Source: Vulcanimicrobiota bacterium (GTDB lineage Bacteria; Vulcanimicrobiota; Xenobia; Xenobiales; JADMJV01). From it: a stretch of DNA of 64,000 nt. The notes under the pieces are model-generated. The model saw only the letters and a list, made by a program, of their open reading frames with translations. It was not told the DNA's origin and did not search any database. The stretch is from positions 3,808,149-3,872,148 of the forward strand of contig JBFWNU010000001.1 of assembly GCA_050250895.1 (NCBI GenBank), read 5' to 3'. Below are positions 18,015 through 27,062 of this stretch, in pieces (position 1 is the first letter of the stretch; every line of letters starts with the position of its first letter). The translations under genes were made by a program, and so were the position numbers.

Positions 18015-19373
18015 ATGTCGTCTGTGCAGGGTCATTTGTGGTCTACTTTGCGTCCGTCCGGGGTTCTTCAAGGCAAGGGCACCGGGCCGCTACGTCAGCA
18101 TCTCGATGCCGAACAACAGCAAGAGCTGCGCGATGTGCTGGTGGCCATGCAAGACCACGACGCTCAGCTGGTCAAGCCGGGCCTGGGACTGCCCTTCATG
18201 CCCAAGCAAGTCAAGCTCAGCCCCGACGCCGCTCTCAAGACGCTGCTCAAGCAAACCCCGGCCTTCCCCTATGGCTTCGAAGTGATTCATGGCAACGACT
18301 CGATGCGGGTGAGTAACCTGGGTGACCTGCGCGACGCTGCCGCCCTGCTGGGAGCCACTCCGACCGAGACCGCCGGTAAGCCGGGTCTGGCCCAGGCGCT
18401 GCAGAATTTGCAGGGCAATCGCTGGGTCATCGCCTCGGCAACTCTCAACGGAGAGACGCGGACGGGGCCGATGGCCGCCTACAGCCACTTCGGGGCGTCG
18501 GTAGCCAGGTCGCCGATGGGCCACAGCTATCACGCCAACCAGCCCTACCAGTTCGAGAGTATCGATTTTCTCTACAACAGTCACGACGCCAGCGTCTTTC
18601 CCGACCCCGGAGCTGCTGGCGAGTTGCAGAAGCTCGAGGCCGATGGCTTCAACCTGCAAGCCACCCAGGGCAAGGACAAGGCGGACGCCTACGCTGCTTT
18701 CTTCGCCGGCATGCCGACCATGGTTACCGACGGCCAGGGACAGGTCCTGACCTTCGCCAGCCAGCGTGATCAGGCCGGCGCCGTGGCCTTGCACCAAGCT
18801 TCGAAGGATTGTCAGGTCGCCTACAAGACGCATTTGAAAGCGGCCTTTGAGCAGGGCTTGATCAAGTATCTGGGTAACGCTCTCAACCAGGCGCAGATTC
18901 CGGCTGGCAGGCTGACTCCCGAGCAAAGAGCCGAGGCGCTGGTCGACCTCTACCGAGCCGGGCACGAGAATCCGGGGCGTAACGTCGATCCCCACGACCA
19001 TTCAAGCCTGCAGTGCGATCGGCTCTACGGCACCCTGGTCAAGTCGGTGAGAGGCGACGACGTGGCTGTTGCCGCCAGGGCGACCGCCCAGTCGATAAGA
19101 GATTTCGACCTGCACAACACCATCGTGATGGTCAACGCGCTCTCGCGCAGCTTGCCCAAAGATACCAAGCTTCCCGGTCTGGACTTCGAAGCCCAACTCA
19201 ACGTGCTCAAGCGCAACTTGAGAGCGGCCCACGAGAAGTCTCTGCTGGGCGATAGCCAGGGCGTTCAGGACCTGTTCACTCCCGAGGCGCTGGGTCACCC
19301 CATCCAAATCAATCTTGACGACTTCGGCGACTATCTGCGGGTTGGCGACATCGACCTCGACAAGGTCGACTAG
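18015..19373 (+). CDS. Hypothetical protein with C-terminal VGDI motif
   Basis: 452-aa ORF with GC3-biased codons. TAGCCT hexamer 6 nt before ATG. Confidence 0.7.
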   Translation: MSSVQGHLWSTLRPSGVLQGKGTGPLRQHLDAEQQQELRDVLVAMQDHDAQLVKPGLGLPFMPKQVKLSPDAALKTLLKQTPAFPYGFEVIHGNDSMRVSNLGDLRDAAALLGATPTETAGKPGLAQALQNLQGNRWVIASATLNGETRTGPMAAYSHFGASVARSPMGHSYHANQPYQFESIDFLYNSHDASVFPDPGAAGELQKLEADGFNLQATQGKDKADAYAAFFAGMPTMVTDGQGQVLTFASQRDQAGAVALHQASKDCQVAYKTHLKAAFEQGLIKYLGNALNQAQIPAGRLTPEQRAEALVDLYRAGHENPGRNVDPHDHSSLQCDRLYGTLVKSVRGDDVAVAARATAQSIRDFDLHNTIVMVNALSRSLPKDTKLPGLDFEAQLNVLKRNLRAAHEKSLLGDSQGVQDLFTPEALGHPIQINLDDFGDYLRVGDIDLDKVD

Positions 19374-19387
19374 CGCTTCGCGCCGCG

Positions 19388-20041
19388 CTAGGACTGCGCT
19401 TCGCGGTCGACCCAGATGTCTCCGACGCGGATGGCGTCTTCGTCGAGTTGCAAGTCCACCGGGCCGACCTCGAGAAGCAGTTCGGCCTTCTCTCTAACCT
19501 GGCTGCGGGCCAGTAAGTCGCGATAGTCGCGGTCGGCCTGGCGAAACTGGGCCAGGGCGTCTTGATAGCGCTGCTCGCGACCCGTGATCTCTTCGTAAGC
19601 GATCCAACTAGAAATCGGGCCGACCGCTCCGGCCATCAACCCGGCGGCGCCGAAACCTATGGCCGGGCCGGTGCCGGTAAAATGGCCGGCCAGCAGCGCG
19701 CCAGCCGGAACCAGGGCCGCTCCGAAGGCCGGCAATAGCCAGCGCCGCGAAAACTTCTCATGGCTGTTGGGGCTACTCATCAGCATGGCCGCCACCGGAG
19801 TCAAGGTCACTCCGATCAGACCCCCCAGAGCAGCCGGAGCGTAGCCGCCATAGTAGCCGGCCGCCGCTCCCATGGTGGCTCCCACGGCCGCGCCGACCCC
19901 GAGCAGCACGGGCTCGTCGGGAAACCTCCAGGGCCGAGCAGGCGCCACCGGCTCGGGCGGTAGTTCCACCTTTTCGGGCAGAAACAGCTCGTCGGTCTGG
20001 CGGCGAGGACGCATCGGGATGATGGCGGGGCCGATTTTCAC
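19388..20041 (-). CDS. Hypothetical glycine-zipper membrane protein with C-terminal VGDI motif
   Basis: 217 aa with Gly/Ala-rich hydrophobic helices and a coiled coil. TAGACT 6 nt before GTG. Confidence 0.7.
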   Translation of the reverse strand: MKIGPAIIPMRPRRQTDELFLPEKVELPPEPVAPARPWRFPDEPVLLGVGAAVGATMGAAAGYYGGYAPAALGGLIGVTLTPVAAMLMSSPNSHEKFSRRWLLPAFGAALVPAGALLAGHFTGTGPAIGFGAAGLMAGAVGPISSWIAYEEITGREQRYQDALAQFRQADRDYRDLLARSQVREKAELLLEVGPVDLQLDEDAIRVGDIWVDREAQS

Positions 20042-20086
20042 TCCGTCAGTCTAGAACGGACGGTGGCCTGGGGGTTTGCGAGACTG

Positions 20087-21361
20087 TTAACTCAGGGCAA
20101 GCTCCCAGTCGAAATCGACGGCCGCCAGCAAGGTGCGGTCATGGCTGGCCACCACCAACCCTCCCGGCCAGGCCTGCAGCGCCTGGGCCAGGGCGCGCTG
20201 GCCCAGCAGGTCGAGACTGTAGCTGGGTTCGTCGAGGATCAACATCGACACCGAGCTATGATAGAGCCAGATCAGCGCCGCCCGGGCTCGCTCGCCAGGG
20301 CTCAGCGAGCGCAAGGGGCGCCGGGCCAGGGCCAGCGGAAATTGGTGAGCGGCCAGGCTCTCGGCGCCGAGTTGATCGAGCAGGCACTCTTCGCGCATCC
20401 AATTGCTGCCGCCCTGGGCCACCACTCCCACCCGAGATGAGTCGGCCGACTGCGCCATCAACTCGAGCAAGGTGGTCTTGCCCGAACCGTTGGGGCCGGT
20501 CACGGCTACGCGGTCATGGGCGAGCCTGAGGGCCAGCTGGGGAGTGTCCAGGCGAATGACCGGGGCCGGGTCTTCAAACTGGGCTGGCGGGGGCAGCACC
20601 AGGGGCAGGTCGACGCGTAGGCTGCGGCGGGCCGCCCGCGTCTGTTGGCGGATGGCCGCCAGTCGCGCCTCGCGCACCCGCTTCGAGCGAGCATGATTGT
20701 CCTGGGCCTGATCGCGCTTGGTGTTGAGCGTGGCTTTGGGAGTGGCTCGGTCGAGTTCGCGGGCGCGGCCGTATTGCTTTTTGCGGGCTCGCCGGCGGGC
20801 CAGATAAAGGCTGCGTTCTTCTTGTGATTCGAGCTGGCGAAGTTGGCGCAGATAGCGTTCCTGGCTGGCTCGGTGACGAGCTTCGAGTTGCTCGAGCATG
20901 CCTTCGAAGGGGCCCGAGTAGAGCTCGCAGCCGGCTTCGGAGACCAGGAAGAAGTGGCTGAAATCGCTCAGGAGTTCAGGCTCGTGCGAGGCAACCAGCA
21001 AGCCCCCCGGATAGTCGGCAAGCCAGCCGCGCAGCCATTCGATACCGGGCTGGTCGAGGTCCTGAGTAGGCTCGTCCAGCAGCAGCAAGGCAGGCTGGGC
21101 CTGGCGGGCTGCTTCGAGAGCCCGGCGACGCGACTCGCCGCCACTGGCCTGTGCGGGTGGTAGTAGCTGGGGCACCAGGTAGGGCTGGGTGTGGCGCACC
21201 ACCTGGCTTGACTCGGCCAGGGCCCGCAACAAGGTGGACTTGCCCACTCCGTTGCGTCCCACTAGAGCCGCTCGTTCCTGGCCCAGCGCGAGGTTGAGCC
21301 CGTCAAAGAGCACGCGACTGCCGTTTTTGATGGTCAGATCGTGGGCCTCGATCAGATGCAT
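20087..21361 (-). CDS. ABC-F family ATP-binding protein (two ABC domains, no TM)
   Basis: Start taken as MHLIEAHDL at 21361, overlapping the hflX end. GRNGVGKS/SGGE/LLLDEP and GPNGSGKT/LSPGE/LILDEP motifs flank a basic helical linker. Confidence 0.8.
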   Translation of the reverse strand: MHLIEAHDLTIKNGSRVLFDGLNLALGQERAALVGRNGVGKSTLLRALAESSQVVRHTQPYLVPQLLPPAQASGGESRRRALEAARQAQPALLLLDEPTQDLDQPGIEWLRGWLADYPGGLLVASHEPELLSDFSHFFLVSEAGCELYSGPFEGMLEQLEARHRASQERYLRQLRQLESQEERSLYLARRRARKKQYGRARELDRATPKATLNTKRDQAQDNHARSKRVREARLAAIRQQTRAARRSLRVDLPLVLPPPAQFEDPAPVIRLDTPQLALRLAHDRVAVTGPNGSGKTTLLELMAQSADSSRVGVVAQGGSNWMREECLLDQLGAESLAAHQFPLALARRPLRSLSPGERARAALIWLYHSSVSMLILDEPSYSLDLLGQRALAQALQAWPGGLVVASHDRTLLAAVDFDWELALS

Positions 21362-22680
21362 AGCAGACTCCTCAATCTGGCCAGCACTGCCGGTTTGGCC
21401 TCGAGCCGCAGCCACAGACCCTGCTGGCGGGCCTCGCTCTCGATCACCCGGCATTGGCCGTGGGCGATGTCCATGGCCTCGGTAGCCGTGTAGGGGATCA
21501 GTAACTCGGTCACCGGCTGATCGCGGCGAACCTCGGCCAGCAGGGCTTCTTTGAGGTCGCCCAGGGCCTGGCTGCTGACCAGCCGGTGGGGAAGGTAGTG
21601 GTCGAGGGGCGGCACCTGGTCGACCAGGTCGAGCTTGTTGAAGATGTAGAAACGGGGCACCTCGGCGGCGCCCAGGCGCTCGATCATGCTCAGGGTGATG
21701 TCGAGGTGATGTTGCCACTCGAAGTCGGATAGATCGACCACGATGGCCAGCAAGGAAGCGTCGCGCACCTCGGACAGAGTCGACTCGAAGCTGGCTAACA
21801 GACGCTCGGGCAGGCGCCGAATGAAGCCCACCGTGTCGCTGAGCAAGACGGTGCCGCCGTGGCGGGTGAGGCTGCGCGAGGTGGTGTCGAGGGTCTCGAA
21901 GGGCCGGTCGCGGGCCGACAGTTGCTCGTCGGTGAGGGCGTTCATCAGCGAGGTCTTGCCGGCGTTGGTATAGCCAAGCAGGGCGATGCGCCGGCAGTCG
22001 GCCCGGCCGCGCCGACGGTTCTCGTCGCTGCGGCCCAGGCGTCGCTCGACCTTCTTGAGTTCGAGCAGGCGTCCGTCGAGCTTGCGGGCCAAGAGTTCTG
22101 AGGCTGTCTCGCCTGGGCCACGCCCGCCCGGGACACCCCCGATCTGCTGGTCCATGTTGAGGCCCACCCCGCGGATGCGGGGACGCAGATACTCGAGCTG
22201 GGCGATCTCGACCTGGACTCGCGAGCGGCGGGTGCGGGCCTGACGCACGAAGACGTTGAGGATGACTCCCTCCCGGTCGCTGACTGGAATGCCGGCCACA
22301 TCTTCGAGATTGCGGGCCTGCGAAGGGCTCAGCTCGGCGTCGACCACCAGCAGGGTGGCTCCCAGGTCGCGGGCTCGGTCGGCGATCTCGCGGGCCTTGC
22401 CGGGGCCGATCAGGGTGCGAGGACGAGGCTTGGAGAGGTAGTAGCACTCCTGGCCCACGATCTCGCTGCCCTGGGCCTCGGTCAGGCTGAGAATCTCGGC
22501 CAGCTGAGCGAACTGAACGTGCGGATCGGGGTCGGTGCTGACCGAGAGCACGAAAGCCAGGTTGGTGGCCTCGTCGGGGGAGCCGCGCTCGGTCCAGTAT
22601 TCGACGGTCTCTTCCCACAGGCCATCGTCGGCCAAGGGCACTTCTTCATGTTCGGGAACGGGGTTGGAATGAAACTGCAT
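21352..22680 (-). CDS. hflX: GTPase HflX family
   Basis: LSPSQARNLE, QVEIAQLEY, GRGPGET, G1 GYTNAGKT, FETLDT, DTVGF and NKLD. GAGGA SD. Confidence 0.9.
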   Translation of the reverse strand: MQFHSNPVPEHEEVPLADDGLWEETVEYWTERGSPDEATNLAFVLSVSTDPDPHVQFAQLAEILSLTEAQGSEIVGQECYYLSKPRPRTLIGPGKAREIADRARDLGATLLVVDAELSPSQARNLEDVAGIPVSDREGVILNVFVRQARTRRSRVQVEIAQLEYLRPRIRGVGLNMDQQIGGVPGGRGPGETASELLARKLDGRLLELKKVERRLGRSDENRRRGRADCRRIALLGYTNAGKTSLMNALTDEQLSARDRPFETLDTTSRSLTRHGGTVLLSDTVGFIRRLPERLLASFESTLSEVRDASLLAIVVDLSDFEWQHHLDITLSMIERLGAAEVPRFYIFNKLDLVDQVPPLDHYLPHRLVSSQALGDLKEALLAEVRRDQPVTELLIPYTATEAMDIAHGQCRVIESEARQQGLWLRLEAKPAVLARLRSLLCI

Positions 22681-22745
22681 GGCTGATTCCTCTTCTTTGA
22701 AACGGGCGGCAGGGGGCCGCTGGTGGGGGCGGTCGTGGACCGCTA

Positions 22746-22769
22746 TTAGAGAGAAATCAAAATGATCAT
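22746..22769 (-). CDS. Putative leader peptide (uORF) MIILISL
   Basis: ATG ATC ATT TTG ATT TCT CTC TAA TAG on the minus strand, between the promoter and hflX. Confidence 0.5.
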   Translation of the reverse strand: MIILISL

Positions 22770-22797
22770 GACACGTCTAGCAATATTTGCTGTGGAG

Positions 22798-22826
22798 AGT
22801 GTAGCGGATTCGGCCGCCCAGGTCAA
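22798..22826 (-). promoter_or_regulatory. Sigma70-type promoter of the hflX/ABC-F operon
   Basis: TTGACC-N17-TACACT on the minus strand. Confidence 0.6.
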
Positions 22827-22871
22827 GGTGTAAAGAGAGGTTCGACCTCGACTCGCAGCAAACTATGGCCG

Positions 22872-23243
22872 ATGAGGTATTTGTTGGTTTTGTCTGTGCT
22901 TTTTTTGGTTGCTTGCGGCCGGGTGGAAGAGGCGGTCGCCCCACCTGACCCCAACCTGGGTCAGGTGGGTGAGACGGTGCTCTTGCATACCGAGCGCGAG
23001 TTTACCGTGGTGATCAAGAACTGGGGCGACTTCGACCGCTCGATTGGCGCCATGAACCCGACCCAGCTCCAGTCCGAAGAAAGGCGCGGGGTGCTCTATC
23101 TGGTCGACGAGGGCACCAAGGTCAAAGTGACCGAGGTCAAGTCGTACAAGGGCGACCGCGATGTGCGCGGGGTCGAAGTGCTCGAGGGCAAGTACAAGGG
23201 CAAGACGGGTTTCGTGTCCAACGAGTGGATCAAGAAGCCCTAA
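22872..23243 (+). CDS. Hypothetical lipoprotein
   Basis: Signal peptide with lipobox LVAC; 123 aa. Confidence 0.7.
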   Translation: MRYLLVLSVLFLVACGRVEEAVAPPDPNLGQVGETVLLHTEREFTVVIKNWGDFDRSIGAMNPTQLQSEERRGVLYLVDEGTKVKVTEVKSYKGDRDVRGVEVLEGKYKGKTGFVSNEWIKKP

Positions 23244-23788
23244 TCGGCCAGCTTCCAACTGACCCCTTCCAGGGTGGGGGTCACGCTGCCGTCGGCTGCG
23301 ATGAGCCCACGCATGGCGTGGCCCAGGTCGCGCTGCTTGTCGTCGCTCGAGACGATCACGTCGAGTCCACCCTCGGCGAACCTGACGTTGAGCTTTTGAG
23401 GGCCGGGACCCGCCAGCAAGTCGTAAGAAGTGATCTCATGTTGGGTGTTGTAGGAAGGGATGACCCACCAGCTGCTGCCCGTTCCCAGGTCGACCTCGGC
23501 GGTGGCCAGGAACGCTTCGGAGGCCTTGCAGGCAGCGGCGATCTTGGCCGCGTGCGGAGCGAGCTCGCTCAGTTCGGTGATGAGGCTCTGGCCATAGCCA
23601 GGGTTTAGGCCCTTGAGGATGACATCGTCGACTTTACCGTCGAGTTCCAATTTGTGCTCCTGGCCCTCGCTCGGAAAGACAGCCTGGTCCTTGGTGGCGT
23701 CGAATTGCTCGTTGCTTTCACCGGGCTTGCGCTCGATGCGCACGAATCCCGTCTTGAAGATCTGATCGGGTCCCATTTTTACTACCAT
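23240..23788 (-). CDS. Hypothetical protein
   Basis: 182-aa ORF with typical codon bias, converging on the lipoprotein gene. Confidence 0.6.
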   Translation of the reverse strand: MVVKMGPDQIFKTGFVRIERKPGESNEQFDATKDQAVFPSEGQEHKLELDGKVDDVILKGLNPGYGQSLITELSELAPHAAKIAAACKASEAFLATAEVDLGTGSSWWVIPSYNTQHEITSYDLLAGPGPQKLNVRFAEGGLDVIVSSDDKQRDLGHAMRGLIAADGSVTPTLEGVSWKLAD

Positions 23789-23969
23789 GTGTTTGTCCAG
23801 CCTTTTCTATTTGTCTGCTGGCAGGCTAGCAGCCAATCGTCACACCAACGTCAACTCCCGTAAGGCGTGGGATTCCTTAGCCTGAGCGCGATGACCGGGA
23901 TCATTTCCAGGCGAACCCCAGCGAGCTAGCATGACAGTGCAACACTCTGTGGAAAAGGAGGGCTTGAAC

Positions 23970-24443
23970 ATGACGACCCTACAAAAACCGAATGAAGAGA
24001 AAGTTGTCCAGGCCCACGACACCTGGCTGCACCCGTGGGGGGACTTCGACCGAATGCGTCAGGCCATGGACGCCATGCTCAGTGGCTTCTGGCCGCGTCG
24101 CCTGCTGGCCGAATCGGCCACCCCGGCGGTCAACATGTATCGTGACGACGGCAACCTGATCGTCGAGGCTGCCATTCCTGGTATGAAGAAGGATGACATC
24201 AAGGTCAGCCTGCTCGGCAACACCCTGACGATCGAGGGCGAGAGCAAGCACGAGAGTAAAGTCGAGAAGGACGACTACTACTTCACTGAAATGCACCGCG
24301 GTAGCTTCTCGCGTCGGGTGAGACTGCCGGTCGAGGTCAAGTCGGACGACATCAAAGCCGAATACAAAGACGGCATGCTCAAACTGACCATGGCCATGCT
24401 GGCTCCTCATAAGGAGAAGCCGATAGAGGTCAAGGTCAAGTAG
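23970..24443 (+). CDS. Hsp20/alpha-crystallin small heat-shock protein
   Basis: PAVNMY, IPGMKKDDI, GSFSRRVRLP and AEYKDGML motifs. AAGGAGG SD before ATG 23970. Confidence 0.92.
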   Translation: MTTLQKPNEEKVVQAHDTWLHPWGDFDRMRQAMDAMLSGFWPRRLLAESATPAVNMYRDDGNLIVEAAIPGMKKDDIKVSLLGNTLTIEGESKHESKVEKDDYYFTEMHRGSFSRRVRLPVEVKSDDIKAEYKDGMLKLTMAMLAPHKEKPIEVKVK

Positions 24444-24447
24444 CTCA

Positions 24448-24471
24448 AGAGCCACCCGCACGGGTGGCTCT
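24448..24471 (+). terminator. Stem-loop after hsp20
   Basis: AGAGCCACCCG-CA-CGGGTGGCTCT perfect inverted repeat; weak U-tract. Confidence 0.45.
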
Positions 24472-24664
24472 CTCGTTAGCTCCCCTACGGTCAGAGCGGG
24501 CGCAACTGGATCACCCGGCCCAGAGCCCTTTCGGCCGAACAGTCGTGACCGCGTTCAAGTCGGGAGGCTGGGCTCTCGCAATACAGCTCTAACACTCGAC
24601 AAGTGTGGTTCCAACTTAGCCCGAGCTAGGATGGGACAAAAAGGTTTTCAGGAGCTATAAAAAA

Positions 24665-26917
24665 ATGGAAATTCGATCCCATCCTTTTCTGACTGTGCGC
24701 AATGGCGTATCCTTTCCCGGCTCGGCCAATATTCTGTCGGTGGGCCGGCCGGCCTCGGTGGCGGCCCTGCGGGCCACCATGGACTCGCCCGACAAGACGA
24801 TCGTATTGCTGACCCAGAAGAACCCGGTGGTCGAAGAGCCGGGCCTCGATGACTTGCACCCGCTGGGCTTGCGGGCCCTGGTGCACCGTGTGACCGAGCG
24901 CGAGAACGGATTCGAGGTGGTGGTCGAAGGGCGCGACCGGGTGCGGTTGTTCGATCTCGCCTGGCAGCCTTATCCGGTGGCCCAGGTGCAACTGCTGGGC
25001 GGGCCAACCGGTACCGGGGAGGTGGAGGAAGAACTCCACGAGGAGCTACTCGAGCAATCCAGTCGTCTCTTCGAGCTGGCCGGTGAGGCCGGCGACACCG
25101 CGGCCCGGCTGGCCGCCGACCTCGACAATCCGGAAGAACTTGTCTGTTTTCTAGCCTCGGCTCTGTCCCTGTCGACCGAGCAAGGCCTGGCCGTTCTGGG
25201 AGCCCAACGGCTCGAGGAGGCCCAGCGTCTGACCCTGGAGTATCTCGCCGAAAGCATCGAGCAAATCGAGGACGGAGGGGAGTTTCCTGCCAACCTGGTC
25301 TGGCCTCCGGACAACGAAGACGAGCCAGAGGAATCGGCCGCGGTCGAGAGGTTGCGGCAACGGCTGGCGGCGCTTGACTTGCCAGTGGATATCCTGGTGT
25401 CCGTGGGACGCGAACTGGAGAAGTTGGAGAGCCTCGAGTCCGACTCGATCGACTATCAGAACGTCCTCACCGGGGTCGAACTGTTCCTCGAGTTGCCCTG
25501 GACCGAGGGAACCGAGGACAACCTCGACCTGAGCGAGGCCAGACAGGTGCTCGACCGCCAGTTGCACGGACTCGAAGAGGTCAAAGAGCGGCTGCTGGAT
25601 CGGCTGGCCTGGATGCGCCTGGCCGGCTCGCCTCCGCCCGTGCTGTGTCTGGTGGGACCGGCGGGCAGCGGCAAAACGGCTGTGGTCCAGGCTCTGGCCG
25701 AGGTTTTGGGGCGTCAGGTCGATTTCCTCAGCCTGAACGGTTATGACCCGGACGCCTTCCTGGTGGGCACGGTCTGGACCCAACCCGGGGCAGCGGTGGG
25801 ACAGTTGTATCAGGCCTTCCGCAGGACCCAGAGCATGAATCCCATCCTGGCCTTCGAGTTCGACGACCTCGACCAGACCGGCGCCGAGAGCCTGTTGAGC
25901 CTGGGACAACGCTGCCGGGACGAGTACCTGGGGCTACCGCTGGACCTCTCGCAAGCGATGGTGGTGCTCACGACGCGATCGATCGAACGGCTGCCAGTCC
26001 GCTTACGGGACCGCATGGAGGTGCTCTACCTGGTGGGCTACGACTGCGAGGAGAAGGTAGCCATCGGCGGCCGCCATCTGAGGCCGGCTCAGCTGCGAGC
26101 CGCCGGCCTCGAGCCCGCTTCGATCGAGTTGCCGGATGAGGCTCTGGAGTGGCTGATTACGGCCCACACCGACGAGGCCGGAGTGGCCCAGCTCGAGCGT
26201 CTGCTCCGAGAACTCTCGGCCCGATTGGCTCGCCGGCAGGTCGAGGACGAGACCTCCAAGCGGGTCGTCGAGGTGGCTGACTTGTGTGAATGGTTCGGGC
26301 CGGGACGTCCTGGCACCAGACTGCCCCAGCCCGGCCGGGTCAGCGCCCTTACCATGACCGCCGCTGGGGGGGCGGCTGTGACCATCGAGGCCATCCGACT
26401 ACCGGGCGAAGAGGGGCTGGTGTTGACCGGCCCCAATCCCCAGCTCTGGCATGACCAGATCAGCCTGGCCCGAAGCCTTTTGGTGGCCCGCCGCGGCAGC
26501 CTCGGAATGACCCCATCGCGGGCGGGGCTACACCTGCATCTGCCCGATGGCATCCTGGCCTCGGATGTCGCTCACTGCCGGCTGTCCCTGGCGGTGGTGT
26601 CGCTATCGGCCTGGCTCGGCCTGGCTATTGACCCTCGCGTGGGTCTGATGGGGCCGGTCAGCCTGACCGGGCAGCTCGAGTGGTGTGATCATCTCGAAGA
26701 GAAGCTGCTGGCCGCCCGTCGGGCCGGACTGGAACGGGTCGTCTTGCCGGCTGCCAACCAGGCCGAACTCCATCGGTTGCCGACCAGGCTTCGCGAAGGT
26801 CTAGAACTGGTGGCGGTCGAGACTCTCGAGCAAGCTCTAGCGGTGGCGATCCCGGCTCTGGCTCCTAAGCTAGCAGCCGATCGGGAGGCAGCCTTCTTCG
26901 ATAGCTTTCGCAACTAG
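24665..26917 (+). CDS. Lon protease-like protein (LON N, AAA+, S16 domains), catalytically degenerate
   Basis: LELPW, LHGLEEVKERL, Walker A GPAGSGKT, LRDRME and EKLLAARRAG motifs. The PKDGPSAG motif is replaced by ASDVAHCR. Confidence 0.8.
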   Translation: MEIRSHPFLTVRNGVSFPGSANILSVGRPASVAALRATMDSPDKTIVLLTQKNPVVEEPGLDDLHPLGLRALVHRVTERENGFEVVVEGRDRVRLFDLAWQPYPVAQVQLLGGPTGTGEVEEELHEELLEQSSRLFELAGEAGDTAARLAADLDNPEELVCFLASALSLSTEQGLAVLGAQRLEEAQRLTLEYLAESIEQIEDGGEFPANLVWPPDNEDEPEESAAVERLRQRLAALDLPVDILVSVGRELEKLESLESDSIDYQNVLTGVELFLELPWTEGTEDNLDLSEARQVLDRQLHGLEEVKERLLDRLAWMRLAGSPPPVLCLVGPAGSGKTAVVQALAEVLGRQVDFLSLNGYDPDAFLVGTVWTQPGAAVGQLYQAFRRTQSMNPILAFEFDDLDQTGAESLLSLGQRCRDEYLGLPLDLSQAMVVLTTRSIERLPVRLRDRMEVLYLVGYDCEEKVAIGGRHLRPAQLRAAGLEPASIELPDEALEWLITAHTDEAGVAQLERLLRELSARLARRQVEDETSKRVVEVADLCEWFGPGRPGTRLPQPGRVSALTMTAAGGAAVTIEAIRLPGEEGLVLTGPNPQLWHDQISLARSLLVARRGSLGMTPSRAGLHLHLPDGILASDVAHCRLSLAVVSLSAWLGLAIDPRVGLMGPVSLTGQLEWCDHLEEKLLAARRAGLERVVLPAANQAELHRLPTRLREGLELVAVETLEQALAVAIPALAPKLAADREAAFFDSFRN

Positions 26918-27062
26918 CCCTCGAGGGCCCAGGCCAGCTGGCACCTGACTTCGTCGGCCCCGGCCCCGGCCTGGGCAAGGTCCCGACCGACCATCAGAAA
27001 GTCGGCTCCACAACCCCACTCGGCTCGAGTGGGTCCGGGAGCACCCACGGCGATGACGCCGG

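Noticed and set aside
21362-22618. N-terminal half of the 843-aa ORF (possible HflX/ABC-F frameshift fusion)
   Set aside because: It is an alternative frame over hflX with low-complexity Arg/Pro sequence. The ABC-F has its own ATG at 21361 with a GAGGAG SD, and I saw no slippery site.
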